A stretch of DNA of 64,000 nucleotides, taken from assembly GCA_964291625.2 (NCBI GenBank), contig OZ220089.1, positions 4,721,842-4,785,841 on the forward strand, read 5' to 3'. Below, one piece after another: positions 41,225 through 49,811 of this stretch (positions within the stretch are counted from its first letter, which is position 1; each line of letters opens with the position of its first letter). Origin of the DNA: Candidatus Latescibacterota bacterium. GTDB lineage: Bacteria > Latescibacterota > UBA2968 > UBA8231. The position numbers and the translations under genes were made by a program. Below the pieces are notes generated by a model. That model was given only the letters and a program-made list of their open reading frames with translations, made no database searches and was not told the origin of the DNA.

Positions 41225-42721
41225 ATGATCCTCGCCATCGCCCGCAAGGAGTTCCTCCAGGCCCTGCTGACCCTGCGCTTCGCCGTGGGGCTGATCCTGT
41301 GCGTCGTCGCCGTGGCCGCCGGCACCCTGGCCATGATCGAGGACTACGACTCGCGCCGGGAGGCCTGGCTGCAGCAGGTCGGGGAGTACGACGCCGAGGT
41401 GCTGGAGAAGGAGGGGCCGTACGCCCGGCTGGTCTGGGATCTCAAGGCCTTCCGCGAGCCCCGGCAGCTGGCCGTGTTCAGCGTCGGCTCCGACCGCTGG
41501 CAGGGCAACCAGGTCCGGGTCACCCACCACGAGGTGCCGGTGCGGTCGCAGTGGCTGGGCGTCTCCAACCCCTACATGGTCCTCTTCCGCACCGTCGACC
41601 TGTCCCTCATCGTGCAGATCATCCTCGGCCTGCTGGCCCTGCTCTTCGCCCACGACGCGGTCTGCGGCGAGCGCGAGCGGGGGACCTTGCGGCTCATGCT
41701 GGCCAACCCCGTGGCCCGGGACCAGGTCCTGCTCGGCAAGGCGGCCGGACACCTGGGCCTGCTCATGGTGCTGCTGGCCGTGACCTACGTGGTGGGCCTG
41801 CTCTTCGTGCAGATCTCGCCCGCCCTCCACCTCGGGGCCGGCGAGGTCGGCCGGGTGGCCCTCATGCTCGCCGCCTCCGGCCTCTACGTGGCGGCCATGT
41901 ACGCGGCCGGCCTGCTGCTGTCGATCTGCACGCGGCGCTCGGCCACGGCCCTCGTCCTGGCCGTCTTCGGGTGGCTCCTGGGCGCCGCCGTCTATCCCAA
42001 CGTCGTCGGCTTCGGCGTCGACGCCTGGGCCCGTGCGCGCCTGTCGGTGGAGTCGGCCGAGGACCTGCAAGGCCAGCTGCACGAGAGCTTCGGCGAGTGG
42101 ATCGGCCGGCGCGGCGAGCGCGAGGGTCTGGTCAGCGAATGGGGGGTGGTGAACTTCGGATCGTCGGTCTCGACCGGCGGCTGGGACGAGCCCCGGGGCT
42201 ACGCGGTGGGCTCGCTCCCCCAGGACGCGGAGGCGGCCGAGGTCGAGGCCAGGGTGCGGCAGCTGACCTCCCTGTTCGCCGACGTCGAGCAGCAGCGCAC
42301 CGCCTACGCGGACCGGGTGTGGCGGGAGGCCTGGGAGCCGCTGGAGAGAGGGATGAAGGACCTCCACGCGGTGGCCGCGGGGCTGTCCCTGCTCTCCCCG
42401 GCGGGCGCCCACGGCCGGGCCACGGCGGCCCTGGCCCGCACCGACCGCGGCGACTACTGGCGCTTCCTGGAGTCGGCGCGGGGCTACCGGGGCCAGTTGA
42501 TCGCCTTCTACGAGCAGCAGGGCTGGTTCGGGTCCCGGGAGTGGTGGGACCAGACGATGGAGGCCACCCTCGAGCACCTGCCGCGCTACCGCGAGCCGGG
42601 CGGTTCCCTCGCCGGGAGCCTGGCCCGCGCCTCGGGGCCGCTGCTGGTCCTGGCCGGCTTCGCCGCCGCCGCCTTCCTGGCCGCGTACTGGCGGTTCCGG
42701 CGCTACGACCTGGCGGCCTGA
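41225..42721 (+). CDS. ABC-2 type transporter permease subunit
   Basis: 'MILAIARKE', 'HDAVCGERERGTLRLMLANPVAR..LLGK', C-terminal 'FRRYDL'. Confidence 0.85.
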   Translation: MILAIARKEFLQALLTLRFAVGLILCVVAVAAGTLAMIEDYDSRREAWLQQVGEYDAEVLEKEGPYARLVWDLKAFREPRQLAVFSVGSDRWQGNQVRVTHHEVPVRSQWLGVSNPYMVLFRTVDLSLIVQIILGLLALLFAHDAVCGERERGTLRLMLANPVARDQVLLGKAAGHLGLLMVLLAVTYVVGLLFVQISPALHLGAGEVGRVALMLAASGLYVAAMYAAGLLLSICTRRSATALVLAVFGWLLGAAVYPNVVGFGVDAWARARLSVESAEDLQGQLHESFGEWIGRRGEREGLVSEWGVVNFGSSVSTGGWDEPRGYAVGSLPQDAEAAEVEARVRQLTSLFADVEQQRTAYADRVWREAWEPLERGMKDLHAVAAGLSLLSPAGAHGRATAALARTDRGDYWRFLESARGYRGQLIAFYEQQGWFGSREWWDQTMEATLEHLPRYREPGGSLAGSLARASGPLLVLAGFAAAAFLAAYWRFRRYDLAA

Positions 42722-42768
42722 GGAGTGTCGATGAGTCACCGGAAGGTCCGAAGCCTGGAGGAGCGGCC

Positions 42769-44205
42769 GTGATCGCGGCGATCCTGCGCCGCGAGCTGGC
42801 CGACCACCTCACCAGCCTGCGCTTCGCCCTGACCCTGCTGATCACGGCGGCCCTCATGGCGGTGAACGGCGTCGTCTTCAGCGGCTCCGGCCGCGACCGG
42901 GCCCAGGAGCGGTACCAGGACCAGCTGAACTCCGCCGAGGACCGGCTCGAAGGGCTCGCCGGCACTCTCGGCGAGCTGGCGGTCAAGGGACCCGGGGCGC
43001 TGGCCAAGCGGCCGAGCCCCCTCTCCTTCGTCGCCTTCGGCCGCGAGGACTTCCTGCCCGCCACGATCACGGCGCAGACGACCAGCACCTACGGCGGCAA
43101 CTGGGGCTTCATGATCGACATGCCGTGGAGCCTGGACTACCAGGAGCCGGCCGCCCCTCCCGCCGCCGGCGTCGTCCCCGACTTCGTCGAGGTCGACTGG
43201 GTCTTCATCGTCGGCTTCTGCCTCAGCCTCATGGCCCTGCTGCTCACCTACGACGGCGTCTGCGGCGAGCGCCGGGAGGGCACCCTCATGCTCGCCCTCT
43301 CGGGGCCGGTGCCGCGCTCCAGCCTGCTGCTGGGCAAGTTCGCCGCCGCCTGGATCGTCCTCGCCGCGGCCCTCACCGTGGGGGTCGTCCTCAACCTGCT
43401 CGTCCTCGGCCTGGCCGGCCCCGTCGAGTTGGGCACCGACCTCTTCCTGCGCCTCGCCCCCGTCCATCTCGCCTGCCTGCTCTACCTCGCCTGCTTCGTC
43501 GGCCTCGGGCTGCTGGTCTCCTGCCTGAGCGAGCGGCCCTCCTCGGCCCTGGTGGTGCTGCTGCTGGTGTGGACGGTGCTGCTCGTGCTGCTGCCGAACA
43601 CGGTCTCCGGGGCGGTGAGCTACTTCCAGGAGCCGCGGATGGACTGGCGCAGCCACCACTCGCAGCGGCAGGCCCTGGTCGAGGAGCATCAGCTCTGGCG
43701 CAAGACCAGCCCCGTCGAGCCGGGCGAGCGTCCTCCCGCCGAGTTCGTGGCCGAGTTCAGCGACTTCCTGCGCCAGCGCCTGCAGCTGGACCGGGGGTTC
43801 TCCGAGGAGCAGCTGCGGCGTCAGCTCGAGCCGGTCGAGGCGGGCGCCCTCGTCAACCGCGTCAGCCCCTACGGCATCCTCCAGTACGCCCTGGAGTCGC
43901 TGGCCGGGACGGGCCTGCCCCGGCACCTGGGCTTCATCGAGGCCGCGCGCCGCCATGCCCTGGACTTCCGCCGCTTCACCCAGGAGCGCGACCAGGCCGA
44001 CCCGGACAGCTACCACCTCTTCGGGCTCGCCCCGGGCCTGTCGGAGCGGCCCGTGCCGGTGGAGGCGATCCCCCGCTTCGGAGAGCCGCTCTCGGCTGGA
44101 GCGGTGCTGGCCGCCGCCTCGACCGACCTGGCGCTGCTGGCCCTGTTCGCGCTGCTGGCCTTCATGGCGGCCAACATCGCCTTCCTGCGTTCGGAGATCG
44201 ACTGA
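42769..44205 (+). CDS. ABC-2 type transporter permease subunit (paralog)
   Basis: 'IAAILRREL', 'YDGVCGERREGTL.L.LSGPVPR..LLGK', C-terminal 'FLRSEID'; GGAGGAG RBS. Confidence 0.85.
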   Translation: MIAAILRRELADHLTSLRFALTLLITAALMAVNGVVFSGSGRDRAQERYQDQLNSAEDRLEGLAGTLGELAVKGPGALAKRPSPLSFVAFGREDFLPATITAQTTSTYGGNWGFMIDMPWSLDYQEPAAPPAAGVVPDFVEVDWVFIVGFCLSLMALLLTYDGVCGERREGTLMLALSGPVPRSSLLLGKFAAAWIVLAAALTVGVVLNLLVLGLAGPVELGTDLFLRLAPVHLACLLYLACFVGLGLLVSCLSERPSSALVVLLLVWTVLLVLLPNTVSGAVSYFQEPRMDWRSHHSQRQALVEEHQLWRKTSPVEPGERPPAEFVAEFSDFLRQRLQLDRGFSEEQLRRQLEPVEAGALVNRVSPYGILQYALESLAGTGLPRHLGFIEAARRHALDFRRFTQERDQADPDSYHLFGLAPGLSERPVPVEAIPRFGEPLSAGAVLAAASTDLALLALFALLAFMAANIAFLRSEID

Positions 44206-44253
44206 GGCGGGTTGAATCCCGGGAGGGGCGGGGTGTCGGTCGCGGGGCACCGG

Positions 44254-44559
44254 TCATGCCGGCTGGTACCGCTGAACATCGATCTCGTCGGCCCGTGCCC
44301 GCATTTGCGTCGCGTCGTGCCAGGCCTGCATCCGCAGCAGCAGGTCCATGCTGAGGTCGAACGCCTTCTCGACTCGCAAGGCCATTTCGGGCGACAGCGA
44401 GGCGTTCCCGTTCACCAGGTCGGAGAGCGTCGCACGACGCACGCCGAGAATCCGCGCCGCCGCCGACACGCTCAACCCCAACTCCTCAAGGGCCTCGATC
44501 CGGATGAAGGTGCCGGGATGCGGGGGAGTCATCCCCATCTTGATGCCGCTGCTGGTCAT
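44254..44559 (-). CDS. higA: HigA-family antitoxin
   Basis: 'PPHPGTFIRIE.LEELGLSV..AARILGV.R.TLS.LVNG...LSPEMALR.EKAF'. Confidence 0.9.
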   Translation of the reverse strand: MTSSGIKMGMTPPHPGTFIRIEALEELGLSVSAAARILGVRRATLSDLVNGNASLSPEMALRVEKAFDLSMDLLLRMQAWHDATQMRARADEIDVQRYQPA

Positions 44560-44602
44560 CAGTGGTAATCCTCCAGGTTCACGCGCTCGATGCCGTCGTC
44601 AT
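44559..44602 (-). pseudogene. HigB toxin 3' remnant
   Basis: Only 'DDGIERVNLEDYH*' remains (typical HigB/RelE C-terminus); its TGA overlaps the higA ATG. Confidence 0.65.
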
Positions 44603-45227
44603 GACGTGTATGTGTACCGGCATAGCCGTGCATAGGGCAAGCGGCCGGATGGGCGCAGCCTGAGCCGGGCATCCCGCCCTGGGGGTGTACGTCTGTCGCC
44701 GGGAGTCGGCAGCACCGTGACAGGTGGCCTGCCGTGCGCCTCGCCGCGCGGCGACCGCCGGCCATGGCCTGGCAATGACCTCGTGCGCAGCACTCAGTTA
44801 CGGGAGCCCGAGCGGCGCTTTGAGCGAACCAGTTCGAACGCTTCCGAACCCCGAAAACCGGTGAGCGTCGAGCCGCTCTCGGCCGGCTCGGCGGTGGCCG
44901 CCGCCTCGACCGACCTGGCGCTGCTGGCCCTGTTCGCGCTGCTGGCCTTCATGGCGGCCAACATCGCCTTCCTGCGTTCGGAGATCGACTGAGGGCGGAC
45001 GCGCCTCCGGCCGCCGGCTTCGGGCCGAAGCGGCCTGGGATGCGCTCGGCGAGCCTGCCGGCCAGGAGCGGGTGGATTCGGAAGGACGCCCGGGGTACCT
45101 TCCTGTCACCCCCCGCGGCGGCGGTCCGGCCCCTTCCGGCCGCAGCCGACACGCTCCCGTTCACCCCGGGAGCCCTCCCCCGAACTCGCCCCATCCCCCG
45201 CCCCCACGCCGAGAGGCGGCTGTACCC

Positions 45228-47840
45228 ATGCGTGTTCCGCAGACCCTTCCCCCCGGGCCGGCCTTGGCCGGCGCCCTCGGCCTCCTGATACTCGCCGCGG
45301 TCGCCCCGGCCTCGGCGCAGACCCTGCCGGCCGAGACCCATCCGAGCCTGCTCTTCACCTCCGCCGACGTTGCCGAGCTCCGCGAGCGCATCGGCCGGGA
45401 GCCGTACGCGACCTGGTGGCGAACCGTGCGCGAGCGGGCGGACTCCGTGCCGTCGAGCCTCTCCGAGGAGCGGCAGAAGGTCCGTTATGCCAAGAGCGCC
45501 GCCTTCGCCTGGCAGATCACCGGCGACGAGGGCTACGGGCGGCAGGCGGTGGATCTGCTCCTCGACGTCCGCTTCCCGCCCCGGGGAGGGGACCTGGGGG
45601 AGGCCCACGCCGAGGGCGAGGTGGCGGCCCAGTACGCCGCCGCCTACGACATGATCCACGAGTACGCCGCCGGCGACCCCGCCGAGCTCGAGGAGGTCCG
45701 GGCGATCCTGGCGGAGGAGGCCCAGCGCATCTTCGAGGGCATCGTGGTCAGGGAGGTGAACCTCGGGCTGGTGACCCTCAAGATCCGCCTCCACGACACC
45801 CCGGACCCGCGCAATCCGCTGAGGCTGATCCTGAACAACTGGCACGTGCGCGCCTACGCCGGCCTCGGACTGGCGGCCATGGCCCTGTCCGACCACCCCG
45901 GCGGGGAGAACACCCCCCAGGAGTGGGCGGACCACGCCTTCGACCTGGTGACCCGCACCCTGTGGCAGCAGATCGACGACGAGGACGGGAGCTGGGCCGA
46001 GGGGCCCTTCTACAGCCGCTACGCCGCCGACGTCTACCTGCCCTGGATGTACGCCCTGCGCAACCTCACGGGGGTCGACCTCTTCGCCGACCCGCAGGTC
46101 GAAGCGATGCACCGGTGGTCCCTCAACCTGCGCCTGCCCAGCGGCCGCCGCCCCAACATCGACGACGCCCACCTGGACGACGCCTACGGACACTACCTCT
46201 CCGCCGTGTACGCCGACGGCGGTCTCCACCGCTGGGACTGGGAGCAGAACGAGGACGGACCGTACACGCGCGGCTTCAACGAGATGGACGCCATCGCCAT
46301 CTACGACGACTCCGTGGAGGCGAGGGCGCCGGACCACGGCCCAACGGTGTTCATGCCCGGGGCCGGCGACGCCGTCTTCCGCAGCGACTGGGGCCCGGGC
46401 GCCACGTACATGCTGCTGCGCGGCGAGCACGGGTCAGCGCGGCTGCACGGGTTCAGCCACGAGCATCCCGACGAGACCAGCTTCCTCCTCTACGCCGGCG
46501 GCGAGATGCTGGCCCTGGACGCGGGCTACATCAACTACGAGAACCACCTCAAGGTGAATCAGGGTCACAACCACAACCTGATCCTGGTGGACGGCGAGGG
46601 TCCGCCCCTGCTGGTCGTCGAAGGCGAGTCGATCGACGGCGGCAACGACGCCTATCTGCAGCAGACCTTCACCAGCGGACTCGTGGAGTACGCCGAGGTC
46701 CGGGCCGGGTACGCCGGCGCCGACTTCCTGCGCAGCGTGATGTTCGTCGACGGCAGCTACTTCGTGGTGGTCGACGAGGTCCGCGGCGACGGCGCCCACA
46801 TCTACGAGTGGCGGCTCCACGGCCACGGCGGCGGCGACAGCGGCGGCACCTACGCCCGCGACGGGGCCCTGGGGCGCTGGACCCGCCCCGGCGCGGAGCT
46901 CCTCGCCTTTGTGGCCGGGCCGGAGGGCGCGGCCTTCAGCGAGGCCGAGGCGATCCACTCCTTCGCCTACCGGCAGGAGTCGACGCACACGGTGATGCGG
47001 GTCGAGGCCGAGGGCCGCGACGTGGAGTTCCTGAGCCTGCTCCATCCGCGGCCCTCGGCGGCTGCCGAGCCCACGCTGAGCCAGGTGGAGACTGACCACG
47101 GCCGGGTGGTGCGCATGGAGCTGGGCGATCTCGTGGACCTGGCCTGGACCCGCGGCGGCGATGGGGGCGTGCGGTTCCCCGCTCCCGCCGGCGAGGTCGC
47201 CGGCGACGGCCGCCTGGGACTGGTGCGCTGCGAGGCGGGGGAGCTGACCGGCTTCAGCTTCCAGGACGGGACCCGCCTGGAGGCCGGCGGCGCATCGGTC
47301 TTCACCGCCTCCGAGCCGGTGGACGCGAGTCTGCGGTTGGCGCCCGAGAGGGTGAGCGGCTTCCTTCGCGGCCCGGACTCGGGCTACACCGTGGCCCTGC
47401 CCATGGCCGGCTCGCTGGAGGGGGTCACCTTCAGCGGGGGACTGATCGGCAAGAGGGTGGAGGGGGACGTGCTCACGGTGGAACTGGCGGGAGAGGGGAC
47501 CCTGGAGATCTCCGGCGGCACCAACGTCCTCGAAGATCTCGAGGACCGCGGGGCGGCGCCTGACGGCTTCCGCCTGTCGCCGAGTTACCCCAACCCCTTC
47601 AACGCCAGCACGATCATCCCCTTCGGGCTGGCCGAGCCGGGCCGGGCGCGGATGACCGTCTACAACTCCCTCGGCCGGCGGGTGCGGACCCTGGTGAACG
47701 GCGAACTGTCCGCCGGGGCCCACCGGGCCGCCTGGGACGGCCGCGACGAGGGCGGGGAGGTGGTGGCCAGCGGAGTGTACCTGGTGCGGCTGCGGTCCGG
47801 GGCGGGCACCGCGACGCGGCGGCTGCTGCTGCTGAGGTAG
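45228..47840 (+). CDS. Secreted heparinase II/III-like polysaccharide lyase with C-terminal FlgD-Ig domain
   Basis: Signal peptide '...APASAQ', 'HPSLLF', 'DGSWAEGPFY', 'FRSDW', 'HEHPDETSF', 'DAGY...HNLILVDG'; CTD 'SYPNPFNAST'. Confidence 0.8.
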   Translation: MRVPQTLPPGPALAGALGLLILAAVAPASAQTLPAETHPSLLFTSADVAELRERIGREPYATWWRTVRERADSVPSSLSEERQKVRYAKSAAFAWQITGDEGYGRQAVDLLLDVRFPPRGGDLGEAHAEGEVAAQYAAAYDMIHEYAAGDPAELEEVRAILAEEAQRIFEGIVVREVNLGLVTLKIRLHDTPDPRNPLRLILNNWHVRAYAGLGLAAMALSDHPGGENTPQEWADHAFDLVTRTLWQQIDDEDGSWAEGPFYSRYAADVYLPWMYALRNLTGVDLFADPQVEAMHRWSLNLRLPSGRRPNIDDAHLDDAYGHYLSAVYADGGLHRWDWEQNEDGPYTRGFNEMDAIAIYDDSVEARAPDHGPTVFMPGAGDAVFRSDWGPGATYMLLRGEHGSARLHGFSHEHPDETSFLLYAGGEMLALDAGYINYENHLKVNQGHNHNLILVDGEGPPLLVVEGESIDGGNDAYLQQTFTSGLVEYAEVRAGYAGADFLRSVMFVDGSYFVVVDEVRGDGAHIYEWRLHGHGGGDSGGTYARDGALGRWTRPGAELLAFVAGPEGAAFSEAEAIHSFAYRQESTHTVMRVEAEGRDVEFLSLLHPRPSAAAEPTLSQVETDHGRVVRMELGDLVDLAWTRGGDGGVRFPAPAGEVAGDGRLGLVRCEAGELTGFSFQDGTRLEAGGASVFTASEPVDASLRLAPERVSGFLRGPDSGYTVALPMAGSLEGVTFSGGLIGKRVEGDVLTVELAGEGTLEISGGTNVLEDLEDRGAAPDGFRLSPSYPNPFNASTIIPFGLAEPGRARMTVYNSLGRRVRTLVNGELSAGAHRAAWDGRDEGGEVVASGVYLVRLRSGAGTATRRLLLLR

Positions 47841-47921
47841 CGTTCTGGAGCAGCGGATCTTGCGGGACTGCGCGAGGCCGACGGATCGTCATGCGGGACC
47901 TGGACCGACCCGATGGCCCGG

Positions 47922-47950
47922 TTGACGTCAGGCGGCGGCTGGGATAGGGT
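47922..47950 (+). promoter_or_regulatory. Putative sigma-70 promoter
   Basis: TTGACG-N17-TAGGGT upstream of an AAGGAGG RBS. Confidence 0.5.
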
Positions 47951-47981
47951 TGGCTCCAACAACCCACAAAAGGAGGTCATC

Positions 47982-48569
47982 ATGAATAACCGCACTATCG
48001 GGGCCATGGTCCTCGCATTGGTTGGCGCGGAGGGGATCGGTGCCGAGGATATCTCCGCCACCCTCAGTGAATTGGTGGACGGCGCCGACAGAATCGCCGT
48101 GGGCGACGTCGGCACCATGCGCCGCGTCATCGAAGACCAGGTCGTCCACACCAAGGACGGCGAGGAGATCACGGGCAAGTTCATCTTCACCTACGTCAAC
48201 GTGACCCCCACCGAGCATATCGTCGGCGGTCAGGTGAGCACGGTGACCGTCCGTCTCCTGGGCGGCCTTCACCCCGACGGCACCAAGGTCACGACCTACC
48301 TCCAGGCGCCTTCCCTGTCGAGCGAGGAGAAGGTCCTGCTCTTTCTGAAGGAGGCCCCGGAACGCGGTCCCAACCAGGAAGTCGTGCACCAGATCGCCCA
48401 CCACCATGCCGGCAAGTTCCGCGTCGAAGGCGAGGGCGCCGCGGCGCGCTTGGTGCGTCCCCTGCCCAACAGCGCGCTGAAGATCGATCCGAGCCAGGGC
48501 ATCGACGAGAGCCCGATCCTGCTGTCGAGGATGAAGCAGTTGATCCAGGCGGAGCGGACGGGTCAGTAA
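47982..48569 (+). CDS. Secreted hypothetical protein resembling N-terminal domains of bacterial matrixin-type proteases
   Basis: Signal-like N-terminus; 'LSELVDGADRIAVGDV...FTYVNV...VTVRLLGG...EKVLLFL'; strong RBS. Confidence 0.6.
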   Translation: MNNRTIGAMVLALVGAEGIGAEDISATLSELVDGADRIAVGDVGTMRRVIEDQVVHTKDGEEITGKFIFTYVNVTPTEHIVGGQVSTVTVRLLGGLHPDGTKVTTYLQAPSLSSEEKVLLFLKEAPERGPNQEVVHQIAHHHAGKFRVEGEGAAARLVRPLPNSALKIDPSQGIDESPILLSRMKQLIQAERTGQ

Positions 48570-48611
48570 CCAATCCCGGATTAACACACGCTCAAGAGGG
48601 AGCATACCGAA

Positions 48612-49811
48612 GTGAAAGCTGGATCAAGTATTCTCTGTGTGGTCGGCCTGCTGACTGTCGCCGAGAGTGGAGGAGCTGACCCTTATTCCGTAATGCACTT
48701 GCGAACGGTTCAAACGGAAGAGGGGGGAACTGAGTATGGCTCTGTCTCCTACTTGGACACCACCTATAGGGCCATATGGTGGGTCGGCAGTAATGAGCTT
48801 CCCGAGGACCCGTCAACGAGAGACGAGGCGTGGGTATTCTGGGATGTCTCGTCCGTAGAGTTCAAGATGGGGGTTCCCAGCGAGGACTTCCCCTCCCAGT
48901 TCACGGCCACCGGGTCCATCGAGGACGCCATCGATGCTTGGGACGATGTCGAGTCGAGTGTTCTCAGCCTCACCTATGGCGGATTGGACGTATACCTGGC
49001 CAACGATCCCGGGGACGGCGTAAATGTAATCTTCTGGGCCAGCCACTCCAGTCTGGATACAGATAACCTCAATGGCTTTACCCTGATCACGACACCCACC
49101 GAAGGTGATGACCTCGGCGAGTTTTCCGACGTTGACATCGTCCTCAACGAGAGGAAGCGCTGGACGACGGGCATATCCCGCTGTAGGCCAGATACCGCCG
49201 GCGCAGACTACGTGGATACGCTTGATGTTCAGAGCGTCGTGACCCACGAATTGGGGCACGCCCTCGGGCTGGGGCATGCCACGGGCGAGAATGCGATGAC
49301 CCCAAGTCAGGTATGGTGTGCCGACGATAGCATGAAGACCAAGTACGAAGAGCCTGACGACGACGAAGAGCCTGACGACGACAACGACGAAGTGCCAGCA
49401 CAGCGGATCGTCGCCGATGGAGATCGGGACGGCTATCGGTATATATACGTAGGGGACAAGAGCGTGCGTTATTTGTTCGGTCGACCCAGTGAGAATGAGA
49501 AGGTCGTTGCAGCAGGGGTGCCGGACGAGAGCGGCGTTGGACTGGCCACCGTCTTTCCCAATCCCTTCAATCCGGAGGTCACCGTGGCCTTCGAGTTGGA
49601 CCGTTTGGCCTCCGTATCGGTGCGGATCTACGACGAGTTGGGGCAGCGGGTGCGGGTGCTGGCCGCGGAGGCCGAGCGCCCGGCGGGGTCCTACCAGTTC
49701 GTCTGGGACGGGCTCGACCAGGCGGGGCGGTCGCAGGCCTCCGGCATCTACTTTCTGGTGGTGTCGGTCGATGGGACTACGGAGAGCCACAAGCTGACCC
49801 TGCTGCATTGA
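48612..49811 (+). CDS. Matrixin (M10-like metzincin) metalloprotease with C-terminal FlgD-Ig domain
   Basis: 'DVDIVLN', 'HELGHALGLGH', Met-turn 'NAMTP'; CTD 'FPNPFNPEVT...ASGIYFL'. Confidence 0.85.
   Translation: MKAGSSILCVVGLLTVAESGGADPYSVMHLRTVQTEEGGTEYGSVSYLDTTYRAIWWVGSNELPEDPSTRDEAWVFWDVSSVEFKMGVPSEDFPSQFTATGSIEDAIDAWDDVESSVLSLTYGGLDVYLANDPGDGVNVIFWASHSSLDTDNLNGFTLITTPTEGDDLGEFSDVDIVLNERKRWTTGISRCRPDTAGADYVDTLDVQSVVTHELGHALGLGHATGENAMTPSQVWCADDSMKTKYEEPDDDEEPDDDNDEVPAQRIVADGDRDGYRYIYVGDKSVRYLFGRPSENEKVVAAGVPDESGVGLATVFPNPFNPEVTVAFELDRLASVSVRIYDELGQRVRVLAAEAERPAGSYQFVWDGLDQAGRSQASGIYFLVVSVDGTTESHKLTLLH
49345..49382 (+). repeat. 18-bp in-frame tandem duplication (EEPDDD x2)
   Basis: ACGAAGAGCCTGACGACG occurs twice in tandem. 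Confidence 0.85.

Larger units (their letters stand above)
44108..44994 (+). repeat. 100-bp exact direct repeat (44108-44207 and 44895-44994) of the permease 3' end
   Basis: Identical TGGCCGCCGCCTCGACCGACC...GGAGATCGACTGAGG; looser similarity extends ~25 bp further upstream in both copies. Confidence 0.92.

Noticed and set aside
36577-44870. Short shared words (CGGCATAGCCG, GGAGTCGGCA) between intergenic regions at ~36.69 kb and ~44.6-44.7 kb as attC-like sites
   Set aside because: Only 10-11 bp, compatible with chance in GC-rich DNA; no attC structure or integrase.
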